NCBI GenBank assembly: GCA_965249525.1
Contig: OZ252237.1
Location: forward strand, 836,443 to 900,442
Source: a bacterium
GTDB lineage: Bacteria; SAR324; JACQKK01
Length of the DNA: 64,000 nt
Direction of reading: 5' to 3'
Shown here: positions 10,262-18,248 of the stretch, in pieces
How positions within the stretch are numbered: the stretch's first letter is position 1
Layout: the number at the start of each line of letters is the position of its first letter
Notes under the pieces: model-generated
The model's database searches: none
Told to the model about the DNA's origin: nothing
The model's input: only the letters and a program-made list of their open reading frames with translations
Made by a program: the position numbers and the translations under genes

Positions 10262-10918
10262 TTAAGTAAGCAGTTGTTGGAGTAGATTGTCCAGGCGTCG
10301 GATAAATTGAGATATGGAGGTTTTGGGTTGGATTCTGATGCTGTGCTGCAGGACGAGAGTGGGAGTAGCATTGACATCAGCTTTGCTGGCTTGTTGGATG
10401 GATGCTTGGATTTTTTTGTTAAGCCAGGTTGCATTGCGTTGTTGGGCATAGGCTTTTCTCAGGCCTAGTCCTTGGGCAAGTTGCTGGACGATGCGGGGAT
10501 CATTGATATTCAGTTGGCTGGTAAAGGTGGCTTGGAAGATAGCGTTAAGGGTGCGCTCCCCTTTTCCCAGGCGTTCAGCGATGAAGTAGAGGCGAATGGG
10601 GGCATCGGACTGCCCGCTGAAAGCAATAGGAACACTGACCAATTTGACTCGCTTGCCGTATTTTCTCAGCAGTGGTTTAACCGAGATGCGGAATTGATGA
10701 CAATGAGAGCAAGTGAAATTGATAAATTCCACCACCTCTACTTGCTTGAGGGTATGGGCTTTGGGAAGTTTGCCGATGCGTTTGAAATCACCTTTGATAC
10801 TGGCAGCAGAGACAGGGGCAGCCGTGGTGACTATCAGCAGGCAGGCGGCAGCTGCACCCAGCAGCCAGCGAGACCATGAGAGAGGTGAAGTGTAGTAAGA
10901 TGAGGGATGCGTGTACAT
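10262..10918 (-). CDS. DsbA-family thiol:disulfide oxidoreductase
   Basis: Signal peptide followed by FINFTCSHCHQF (a CxxC motif in a thioredoxin-fold context). 218 aa. Confidence 0.7.
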   Translation of the reverse strand: MYTHPSSYYTSPLSWSRWLLGAAAACLLIVTTAAPVSAASIKGDFKRIGKLPKAHTLKQVEVVEFINFTCSHCHQFRISVKPLLRKYGKRVKLVSVPIAFSGQSDAPIRLYFIAERLGKGERTLNAIFQATFTSQLNINDPRIVQQLAQGLGLRKAYAQQRNATWLNKKIQASIQQASKADVNATPTLVLQHSIRIQPKTSISQFIRRLDNLLQQLLT

Positions 10919-10950
10919 GTGATTGCTCCTATGGGCAGCAAGATAAAGAT

Positions 10951-12006
10951 ATGAATAAAGTTACCAGTGAAGTGATACCAAATCTAGATGATGTAAAAGC
11001 GGTAGCCCTGGATATCGCTGGATTGAACACTGCGGATGACAGCCAGGCACGCTGTGCCGAGGTCATCTGGCTGCTGTTGTTACGAGGATATCAACTGTAT
11101 TTGTTTTCTTCAACAGGAGATGATTTTAGCAGGGAAGATTTTCAGCATCCAAAGCTGCGGTTTCTGACAGAACCGCTGCCTCCTTTGCCCAAATATCCTT
11201 TACTGGAAGGAGAGTATTGTCTCTGGGTTACCAATCATGCCCCTTTGGAACGCTGGCTGGATGAACACCATCGCCTGCGCATGTGCATTGGAGGCAAGGA
11301 ACAGCCTGGCATTCGCCGCCTGGCTGCCATAGACGAGCTGGTTGTTGCACTCAATCCACTCAACAGCGTGATGGCTAACACCATCAGCCAGCTGTCTCAA
11401 CTCAAAGAACGATTTTCCCAGCGTGCCATCATCGTTGGTATTGGAGGTCCCGCCATCAGCGATCTGCAGCAGTTCACCCTTCTCCTCCAAAGCGCCCTGC
11501 AAGACGCCAACCTGCCCATGGTGGAATTGCTGGATATCTCCTCGCTTACCCCTAATGCCGAAGTCCTGCATGCCAAGCAGCTGCCCAAAAACGCCGCCTG
11601 GCAAACCCCAGAGGGCGGCAGCTGGCTGACAGACCAATTATTAAAACCGCTCCAAAAAGGAGAAACCATCTTCCTCAAAACTCCTCCCCCCCTGCTGCCG
11701 ACTGCCATGGCTGAACAATTCCCTCTTTACTTGCATCCAGAGACCATCCTGCTGCTTTTGGCAGAAATGGTATTTGTTCAGCCCCTTCAGCCTTTGCTGG
11801 ATGTACGCCTGCTGCTGGAATTGCCCCCAGAAGAACTGGCGCGGCGCCTGTATGAAATCCCCCCCCATGAATCTTTTGACCCCAGCTTCACACAACAATT
11901 TTTGCAAAATGAAGGCGGTCAATACCAACACTACCTTCGCCATCATCAGGTGCAGAAACTCCAGCCGATGCTTATCAACGCCCAATTCATCATCCCCAAC
12001 CCTTAG
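10951..12006 (+). CDS. hypothetical protein, uridine-kinase/PRK-like fold with a degenerate P-loop
   Basis: The C-terminal half follows the Udk/PRK pattern (IIVGIGGPAISDL..., LLKPLQKGETIFL, ETILLLLAEMVFV...DVRLLLELPPEELARRLYE, ...AQFIIPN), but the Walker A GxxGSGKT is replaced by GGPAISDL. Start moved to ATG 10951 to avoid overlapping the dsbA-like gene. Confidence 0.45.
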   Translation: MNKVTSEVIPNLDDVKAVALDIAGLNTADDSQARCAEVIWLLLLRGYQLYLFSSTGDDFSREDFQHPKLRFLTEPLPPLPKYPLLEGEYCLWVTNHAPLERWLDEHHRLRMCIGGKEQPGIRRLAAIDELVVALNPLNSVMANTISQLSQLKERFSQRAIIVGIGGPAISDLQQFTLLLQSALQDANLPMVELLDISSLTPNAEVLHAKQLPKNAAWQTPEGGSWLTDQLLKPLQKGETIFLKTPPPLLPTAMAEQFPLYLHPETILLLLAEMVFVQPLQPLLDVRLLLELPPEELARRLYEIPPHESFDPSFTQQFLQNEGGQYQHYLRHHQVQKLQPMLINAQFIIPNP

Positions 12007-12028
12007 TAGTAGGCACAACCCCTGGGTA

Positions 12029-12958
12029 CTAGCCCAGGTAGATATCCATAATGTTATGCAATAGTTGAATGGCTTCTTGTTTTGATCTTTGAAAGGAGTT
12101 GCGTCCAATGATGGAACCAAAACCACCGCCTTGGTGAATTTGTGTGATTTCTTCTAGTACAGCGTTGGTATCTTTGGCTGCACCGCCAGAGAAGATAACG
12201 ATGCGCCTGCCAGCAAAAGTACTTTGCACCACATGCTGCACGCGCTGCTCCATGGTTTTGATGGGGATTTGGTGTTTTTCATAGATTTTTCTAGCAGCGT
12301 CTTGTTCTATGTGTTCGCTGGGGAGTTTGACTTTAATGATATGCGCTCCCAGTTGGCAGGTGAGATGTGCAGCGTAGGCAATAACATCAATGGCTGTTTC
12401 ACCTTCTTTAGAGAGGTTTTTTCCTCTGGGGTATGACCAGACGACTACAGCCAGCCCCACGGATTTGGCTTCCAGGGTGAGTTCTCTAATTTGTTCGTAC
12501 ATGGTGTTAGAGAGTTCAGAACCTGGATAGATGGTGAATCCGATGGCAGCAGCACCGAGTCGCAGTGCATCATCTACGCTGCCGGTGATGGCGGGGCACG
12601 GTTCGCCTGAGGTAAGGGAGGAGCTATTGTTGAGTTTCAGGATAAGAGGAATTTGTCCTGGGAATTCGGCTGCACCTGCTTCAAGAGCCCCCAGGGGTGC
12701 GGCGTATGCGCTGCAGCCTGCCTCAACAGCAAGTTCAAAGTGGTAGAGTGGATTGTATCCTAAGGGGTTGGGGGCGAATGAGCGGGCGGGACCGTGTTCA
12801 AAGCCTTGGTCAACAGGCAGGATGACCATTTTTCCGCTGCCGGCAGTTCTGCCTTGGTAGAGCATGCGGGCGAGGCTGCTTAGTGTGCCGGGGTTTTCAT
12901 TTTTGTACCAGCTGAGAATTTCTTTTACGCGGTTAGTGGATTTTGGTGAATGGTTCAT
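12029..12958 (-). CDS. class I fructose-bisphosphate aldolase (DhnA/FbaB family)
   Basis: ILPVDQGFEHGP...GAHIIKVKLP...IVIFSGG is the DhnA-type aldolase pattern. Start taken at ATG 12958 (MNHSPK...). Confidence 0.8.
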   Translation of the reverse strand: MNHSPKSTNRVKEILSWYKNENPGTLSSLARMLYQGRTAGSGKMVILPVDQGFEHGPARSFAPNPLGYNPLYHFELAVEAGCSAYAAPLGALEAGAAEFPGQIPLILKLNNSSSLTSGEPCPAITGSVDDALRLGAAAIGFTIYPGSELSNTMYEQIRELTLEAKSVGLAVVVWSYPRGKNLSKEGETAIDVIAYAAHLTCQLGAHIIKVKLPSEHIEQDAARKIYEKHQIPIKTMEQRVQHVVQSTFAGRRIVIFSGGAAKDTNAVLEEITQIHQGGGFGSIIGRNSFQRSKQEAIQLLHNIMDIYLG

Positions 12959-13128
12959 ATTTTTGCGTATCCTTTTCTGTTGTTGGTGTAGAGTGTTGAA
13001 AAATATAGTGTGGCTGGTTGCCATTACTATGGGCAGTTTGCTGGGGGTTTTTCTAGCTGGGATGAATTCACAGCAGCTGCTGTCTGGCAAGACCAGTATA
13101 CCCGCATGGTTTATATCATCAAGGTTGT

Positions 13129-14517
13129 ATGGGGATGGAAAACAAAAAAATTGACAAGTATGGGCAGGTGAATAAAAAACGCAGCATCAAAGCACAGAAA
13201 CCCAAGTTGGTGAGACGCAGCGGAATTCAGTCTGGCATGGTTTCCTTGGGGGATGATGCGCTGCTGCGGCGGGTGTTGTTGAGCAATGTGCAGGGGAATG
13301 CCCACGCAGCAGAGGATAGTGGGAGGTGGGACTCCCAGCATGAACAGCGGTTGTTGTCTGGGATAGACTGGAAGCGTGCGGGGAAAGATGTGCGAGAACT
13401 GCACGGGCTGTATACGGGAAGTGGAGGCGTTTCTTATCAGGGGGTGGACAATCCTTTGCGGGGCAGGGAGTTGGGATATCAGCTGTATTATTTGCCCAGG
13501 AATCTGCATCGGGTGCGCTGCGTGCTGCGGGGGCTGCCTTGGTGGCATGGCAGCAAGACCGATGGGAAATGGCTGCTGTGTCATTGGTTAGGTATGCGGG
13601 AAGGGCTGCCGACATTGTCTTGGTTGGATTTGGGATGCGGTACAGGGGCATTTAGTTTGGCTTGGCTGCAATGGTTGGTGCGACTGGGTGCTCCTGCGGA
13701 AGGCTGGCCGCAGCTGGAAGTGACCTTGGTAGATCAATCGCATTATTTATTAAAGAAGGCAGAGAGGCAGCTGCAGTTATATGTGGGTGCAGCTATGCCG
13801 GGAGCGAGTTTACGGGTGAAAGCGGTGGCTGAGGGCATTGCACCTTGGTTGGCGCGTACTGCCACTGATGAGAAGTTTTGCCTGGTGGGCGCAGCCATGT
13901 CTTTAGCAGAATTGGGACTGCTGGGTCCGCGGCGCAAGAGCGAACGCTCCAAGGTGTTGCTGCAGGCATTGCGGGCGCGCATGCTTGCAGGGGGCATGAT
14001 GTTGTTTGTGGAACCAGGAGTGCGTAAGGGCTACCTTCATCTGATGATGCTGCATCCCCTGCTGCGGCAGCATCCTATTTTGTATCCTTGTCCACATCAG
14101 CAGCCTTGTCCTATGTGGCGACCCAACGCACATCATTGGTGTCATGTTACTGAACGCATCCCCAATCGCTTCTTTTTTGATGAAGCTTTGCAGCAGCGGG
14201 GCGGGTTGGATTTCCACATGCGCGATCTTCATCTAGCAGCCTTGGCGGTGCAGTATGTTGAGGGTAGCAGCACCCCACCCTTTCGCCTGCAGCACGGAGA
14301 ACGTATCGTTTCTGGTTATATGCCTTGGCAGCAAGCCTTCAACAGACTTCCAAAGCCCACAGCACCGCAGAAACCTTTTTCATCACAGGCATGCTGGGCC
14401 TGTACCCCCACAGGACAGTTGCAGCTGCGAGCTGCTCATCCCGAAGACACATCTTGTTACCGAGGAGCATGGTGGTCTCTTCCATCCAAAAAGCATCCTT
14501 CGCTGCACGAACAGTAA
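13129..14517 (+). CDS. SAM-dependent methyltransferase, Rsm22-like
   Basis: YYLPRNLHRV, SAM motif I (WLDLGCGTGAF) and a C-terminal Cys/His cluster (CPHQQPCPMW...WCHV), as I recall for bacterial Rsm22-family proteins. The start is uncertain (13129, 13135 or 13237). Confidence 0.55.
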   Translation: MGMENKKIDKYGQVNKKRSIKAQKPKLVRRSGIQSGMVSLGDDALLRRVLLSNVQGNAHAAEDSGRWDSQHEQRLLSGIDWKRAGKDVRELHGLYTGSGGVSYQGVDNPLRGRELGYQLYYLPRNLHRVRCVLRGLPWWHGSKTDGKWLLCHWLGMREGLPTLSWLDLGCGTGAFSLAWLQWLVRLGAPAEGWPQLEVTLVDQSHYLLKKAERQLQLYVGAAMPGASLRVKAVAEGIAPWLARTATDEKFCLVGAAMSLAELGLLGPRRKSERSKVLLQALRARMLAGGMMLFVEPGVRKGYLHLMMLHPLLRQHPILYPCPHQQPCPMWRPNAHHWCHVTERIPNRFFFDEALQQRGGLDFHMRDLHLAALAVQYVEGSSTPPFRLQHGERIVSGYMPWQQAFNRLPKPTAPQKPFSSQACWACTPTGQLQLRAAHPEDTSCYRGAWWSLPSKKHPSLHEQ

Positions 14518-14559
14518 CCAAGGTTTGCACTTGTTCTCTTTTACTTGCCTGCACCTATT

Positions 14560-15990
14560 ATGTTGCAACTGTCATCAGCTGTCATTGAACAAGTCTTCGC
14601 ACAAAGACTAACCCTCCTTGCTGCCTGCTGGCGCGAGCTTTTCTCCTCCAAGAAAAACACCAAAAAACTCACCCTCCATACAGTTCAGCAGCAGTCTCTG
14701 GTCATTCTTGATGCCGGCTCGCTCACATCTAACAACAACCATACCTGCTTTCTTTTTCACAACACCAGCATCAAACTGGGCAAAAACCAGCTGCAAGGAC
14801 AGATACAACTCAGCTGGCAGCCACTCCCGCTGCCATCCCCTCCCCCAGAACCACCTGTGATTCTGCAAGTGGTATATCAAGGCTCTTCCCCATCGTCCAC
14901 CCTGCCGTTACTATCTCTCAAACCCTATCTTCATGACCGTCTCTGCTGGGCAGAAGAGCTGGTTAGTGCAAGCAAATTTCAGCATATGTTTCCCGGCCCC
15001 TGTGGTTTGGCTGCGGCTCAAAATCCGCAAAAACTTACTGACCTGCTGCAACATGCTGCTGAAGCCCGCGTCCGTATCAAATCCGATACCTTGATGCAGC
15101 CGCTGAAACAACAGCTGACATCTCCCCATTCAGAACAAGCTTGGAAAATCCTTGAACAAGCCCTGTTTGAAGCCGTCTGTCGTTTTATCGGGTTTAAACC
15201 GTATCAAGACTCCTTCACAGCACTAGCCAAACATTTTCCTCTCTCCACCATTATCCCCCTGCTGCAACTGCCAATTTCCCAGGCAAGAATGCAAATCCTC
15301 GCACGTTGGATGGGCACTCTACATTTGCTCCAGCAGCCACCCTCGCTGGTGCATCAAGACTGCCGCTCATACTACACAGAACTTCAACAACTCTGGATTT
15401 CTCTAAAGCTTCAACCACTTCCCAAACCTCTCCAACGCGCCAAAGCACGTCCATTCAACTCACCCGAAAGGCGATTAACCGCCCTCTTCTGGCACCTGCA
15501 TCATATGACACCACACGGTCTGTTACATGGCTGGCTGCGCTTCCTTAGTCGTCTGGACAATCTGCGTGATGACGACTCCCTCCAAACACAAATAAAACAC
15601 TTTCTTAGAGGTGCCTTTCACACCCCTAACCACGAAACCTGGCAGTTTCACACCACCTTTCACGCCAAAACACTCTCCGCACCCATCCAACTGGTTGGCG
15701 AACATCTTCTGGCTGTCCTGGCTGCCAACGCCATTGTTCCTTTCTTGCTGGGAATTGCCCACTGGAAACAAGACGAAGAAATGGAAAAAACTCTTTACCG
15801 ATTCTACTTGCTGCTGCCCACCGAAATCTCCAACCAACGCATCCAGTTCATGCAATACCGTCTGTTCCTCTCTCACCACCAAAACAGACCCCTCAGGCTG
15901 CAGCAAGGGCTTCTGCAGCTGCAAAATGATTTCTGCCACCACTTCCCCAACAACTGCCACCTGTGTCAACTTCCAGCCAAGCTGCTTTAA
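14560..15990 (+). CDS. hypothetical protein (possibly DUF2851-like, tentative)
   Basis: Long ORF with host-like codon usage. It ends in FCHHFPNNCHLCQLP. The ORF-track start at 14545 is a TTG; the first ATG is at 14560. The family assignment is from memory only. Confidence 0.45.
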   Translation: MLQLSSAVIEQVFAQRLTLLAACWRELFSSKKNTKKLTLHTVQQQSLVILDAGSLTSNNNHTCFLFHNTSIKLGKNQLQGQIQLSWQPLPLPSPPPEPPVILQVVYQGSSPSSTLPLLSLKPYLHDRLCWAEELVSASKFQHMFPGPCGLAAAQNPQKLTDLLQHAAEARVRIKSDTLMQPLKQQLTSPHSEQAWKILEQALFEAVCRFIGFKPYQDSFTALAKHFPLSTIIPLLQLPISQARMQILARWMGTLHLLQQPPSLVHQDCRSYYTELQQLWISLKLQPLPKPLQRAKARPFNSPERRLTALFWHLHHMTPHGLLHGWLRFLSRLDNLRDDDSLQTQIKHFLRGAFHTPNHETWQFHTTFHAKTLSAPIQLVGEHLLAVLAANAIVPFLLGIAHWKQDEEMEKTLYRFYLLLPTEISNQRIQFMQYRLFLSHHQNRPLRLQQGLLQLQNDFCHHFPNNCHLCQLPAKLL

Positions 15991-16000
15991 GCAAAAGACA

Positions 16001-16375
16001 CTAAGCAACAGGTTGTACTTGAATGGTGGTGCCAGCGGCGATCTTGTTCAGCGGTTTGAGGTCATGCTGGGTGCGTCCCCAAACATTGCAAGGGCTGGCT
16101 AGGCGCGGCTCATCTTGCTGTGAGGCAGGTGTACGCCCCCAGCAAATGGCGACAGCCTTGCCGTGAGGCCAATAAGCAATTTCTCCCAGCTGCATCAAAT
16201 CGCGGGCATCTGCTTCTTGGGGCAGGTCTACAGGGGTGGAGAAGTAGATCTCTTCCCCCCAGCGGTTGGCTGATGACTCAAAGGGCGCAGCTTTTAGCAA
16301 GGCACGTCCACTGGGCGTGTCCAGCACATCCACTATAATTTCTATATCATTAGCGATGATTTTTAATGAAGCCAT
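16001..16375 (-). CDS. cyclophilin-like superfamily protein (TM1367-like)
   Basis: 124 aa. ...DTPSGRALLKAAPFESSANRWGEEIYFSTPV...GEIAYWPHGKAVAICWG matches the small cyclophilin-like fold family pattern. Confidence 0.55.
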   Translation of the reverse strand: MASLKIIANDIEIIVDVLDTPSGRALLKAAPFESSANRWGEEIYFSTPVDLPQEADARDLMQLGEIAYWPHGKAVAICWGRTPASQQDEPRLASPCNVWGRTQHDLKPLNKIAAGTTIQVQPVA

Positions 16376-16507
16376 GGGAAGTATCCTTTGGAGGTATCCT
16401 TGGGAAGTTGCCAGCTAGTTCATAGCATAACAGAGAAAAAGAGAAAGGGTTGCGCTAGAGAGTAAATATCGGTCAGGGTATGAAGAACTTTTTAATAGAG
16501 GATATGA

Positions 16508-17554
16508 ATGAAGATAGGAATAACAGGATTTCCCGCCAGTGGCAAAACGACAGTGTTTAAGGCGCTGGCTGGGGCAAGTGTGGGAAAACTGCGAGGAGGA
16601 GTAAGTGCCTGCAGCGTGAAGGCAGCAGACAAACGCGTGGATGCACTGGCAGAGATGAGTGATTCTAAGAAGCGCACTTATGTAGAAGTGATATTTGTAG
16701 ATGCAGAAGCCACAGGCAAGCCGCAAGACAGGGGCTTAAGCACAGCTGCCATGCAGGCGATGCAAGGCGCAGATGCGTTGGTTGCGGTACTGCGTGGTTT
16801 TGATGACGGAGGACCAGAAAAATCGCTTGCCCCTGTGGATGCATGGCGCGAGCTGGAATTAGAGCTGATTTTGGCAGACATGGGTGCTTTGGAGACACGT
16901 TTGCAGCGTTTGCGCAAAGAAAACAAAAAAGAGCAAAAAGCAGAAAAAGATCTGGCAGAGCGCTGTTTGGCTCATTTAGAAAACGGTCAACGGTTGGTTT
17001 CCATGCAGTTAGAAGAACAAGCGATAAAGATTCTCAGTGGGTTTTCGTTTTTTTCTGCCAAACCAGTACTGTTGCTGCTCAATCAAGATGAAGCCAGTTT
17101 TATGGCAAATGACATCACAGCTTTGACATCACTGACCAATTTAGTGCCAGATTGCCAGTCAATGGCTATTTGTGCCCAGTTGGAAATGGAAGTAGCGCAA
17201 CTACCGCCGACAGAACAATCCGAATTCATGGCCAGCCTCAACCTGACGCATTCTGTTCGTGAACGCTTCATCCAAGCTGCATTCAGTCTGCTAGACCTTA
17301 TCTGTTTCCTTACCAGCGGTGCAGATGAAAGCCGTGCCTGGCCAGTGCGCAATGGCGCATCTGCCCAAGAAGCTGCCAGTAAAATCCACTCCGATATTGC
17401 CAAGGGCTTCATTCGTGCCGAAGTCATCCACTGCCAGCAGCTGCTGGCACTAGGCTCAGAAAAAAAAGCCCGAGAACAAGGAAAAATACGCCTAGAAGGT
17501 AAAAAGTACATCGTACAAGATGGCGATGTACTCAACTTCCGCTTCGCTACTTGA
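16508..17554 (+). CDS. YchF/OLA1-like P-loop GTPase/ATPase
   Basis: MKIGITGFPASGKTTVFKAL (G1 motif) and a C-terminal TGS-like end (GKKYIVQDGDVLNFRF). Confidence 0.75.
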   Translation: MKIGITGFPASGKTTVFKALAGASVGKLRGGVSACSVKAADKRVDALAEMSDSKKRTYVEVIFVDAEATGKPQDRGLSTAAMQAMQGADALVAVLRGFDDGGPEKSLAPVDAWRELELELILADMGALETRLQRLRKENKKEQKAEKDLAERCLAHLENGQRLVSMQLEEQAIKILSGFSFFSAKPVLLLLNQDEASFMANDITALTSLTNLVPDCQSMAICAQLEMEVAQLPPTEQSEFMASLNLTHSVRERFIQAAFSLLDLICFLTSGADESRAWPVRNGASAQEAASKIHSDIAKGFIRAEVIHCQQLLALGSEKKAREQGKIRLEGKKYIVQDGDVLNFRFAT

Positions 17555-17618
17555 ATCCACTCGGCAAACCTCTGTGCAAGGAAGACCTGCCCCCTGCATG
17601 GATCAAGGGGTTAGGAGG

Positions 17619-18248
17619 TTAGGATTTTGAGGGTGTGAGTTGTTGACGAATGGTATTGGTATGTTGGCGGGTGATTTTGAGTGCGGTATCAAGGATGGCT
17701 TCGGGGGTGTCTTCTGGGGAATGTTTTCTAATGTGGATGCGCAGGATGGTTTGGCTGTCTTGGATGCGGATAATTTGTCCTACCAGCCAGAGTTGGTTTT
17801 TATCACGGCATAGTTTGCAGAGAATGTGTTCAAAGTGCAGGGAGTAGAACAGTTCTACGGGTAGGGTTTTGCCAAGTTGTTGGATGTGGGTGCTGTTGGC
17901 GATACCGCTAAAGGCAAGAGATTGACTGAGTTGTTGGTGAGCGGCTCTGGAGAGGAAGTTGTTTTTTAGCTGTGATTGGAGCTGACGGCGGGTGATGAAT
18001 TGCTTCCATGGAAGACTGCGGAGTTGTTTTTCTGCTTCTCTGAGGACGATTTCGTGGAGTTTGGGTGCGGTGTTTGGAGGTGCGGGCATATTAAGGAAGG
18101 CGATACTTTGTGAACTCAGAGGTGTGTTTATGCTGGGTTCTTTTGATTCTTGTGGTTTAAAAACCACAGTATCGCTGCAGTCACTGATGGAGTAAATCAG
18201 CCCCAACAATACGAGTACGCGGGGAATTTTTGCCAGCAATGTTTTCAT
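17619..18248 (-). CDS. hypothetical secreted protein or lipoprotein
   Basis: N-terminal signal-like sequence (MKTLLAKIPRVLVLLGLIYSISDC). Its ATG overlaps the mutS stop (ATGA at 18245-18248), which implies translational coupling. Confidence 0.5.
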   Translation of the reverse strand: MKTLLAKIPRVLVLLGLIYSISDCSDTVVFKPQESKEPSINTPLSSQSIAFLNMPAPPNTAPKLHEIVLREAEKQLRSLPWKQFITRRQLQSQLKNNFLSRAAHQQLSQSLAFSGIANSTHIQQLGKTLPVELFYSLHFEHILCKLCRDKNQLWLVGQIIRIQDSQTILRIHIRKHSPEDTPEAILDTALKITRQHTNTIRQQLTPSKS

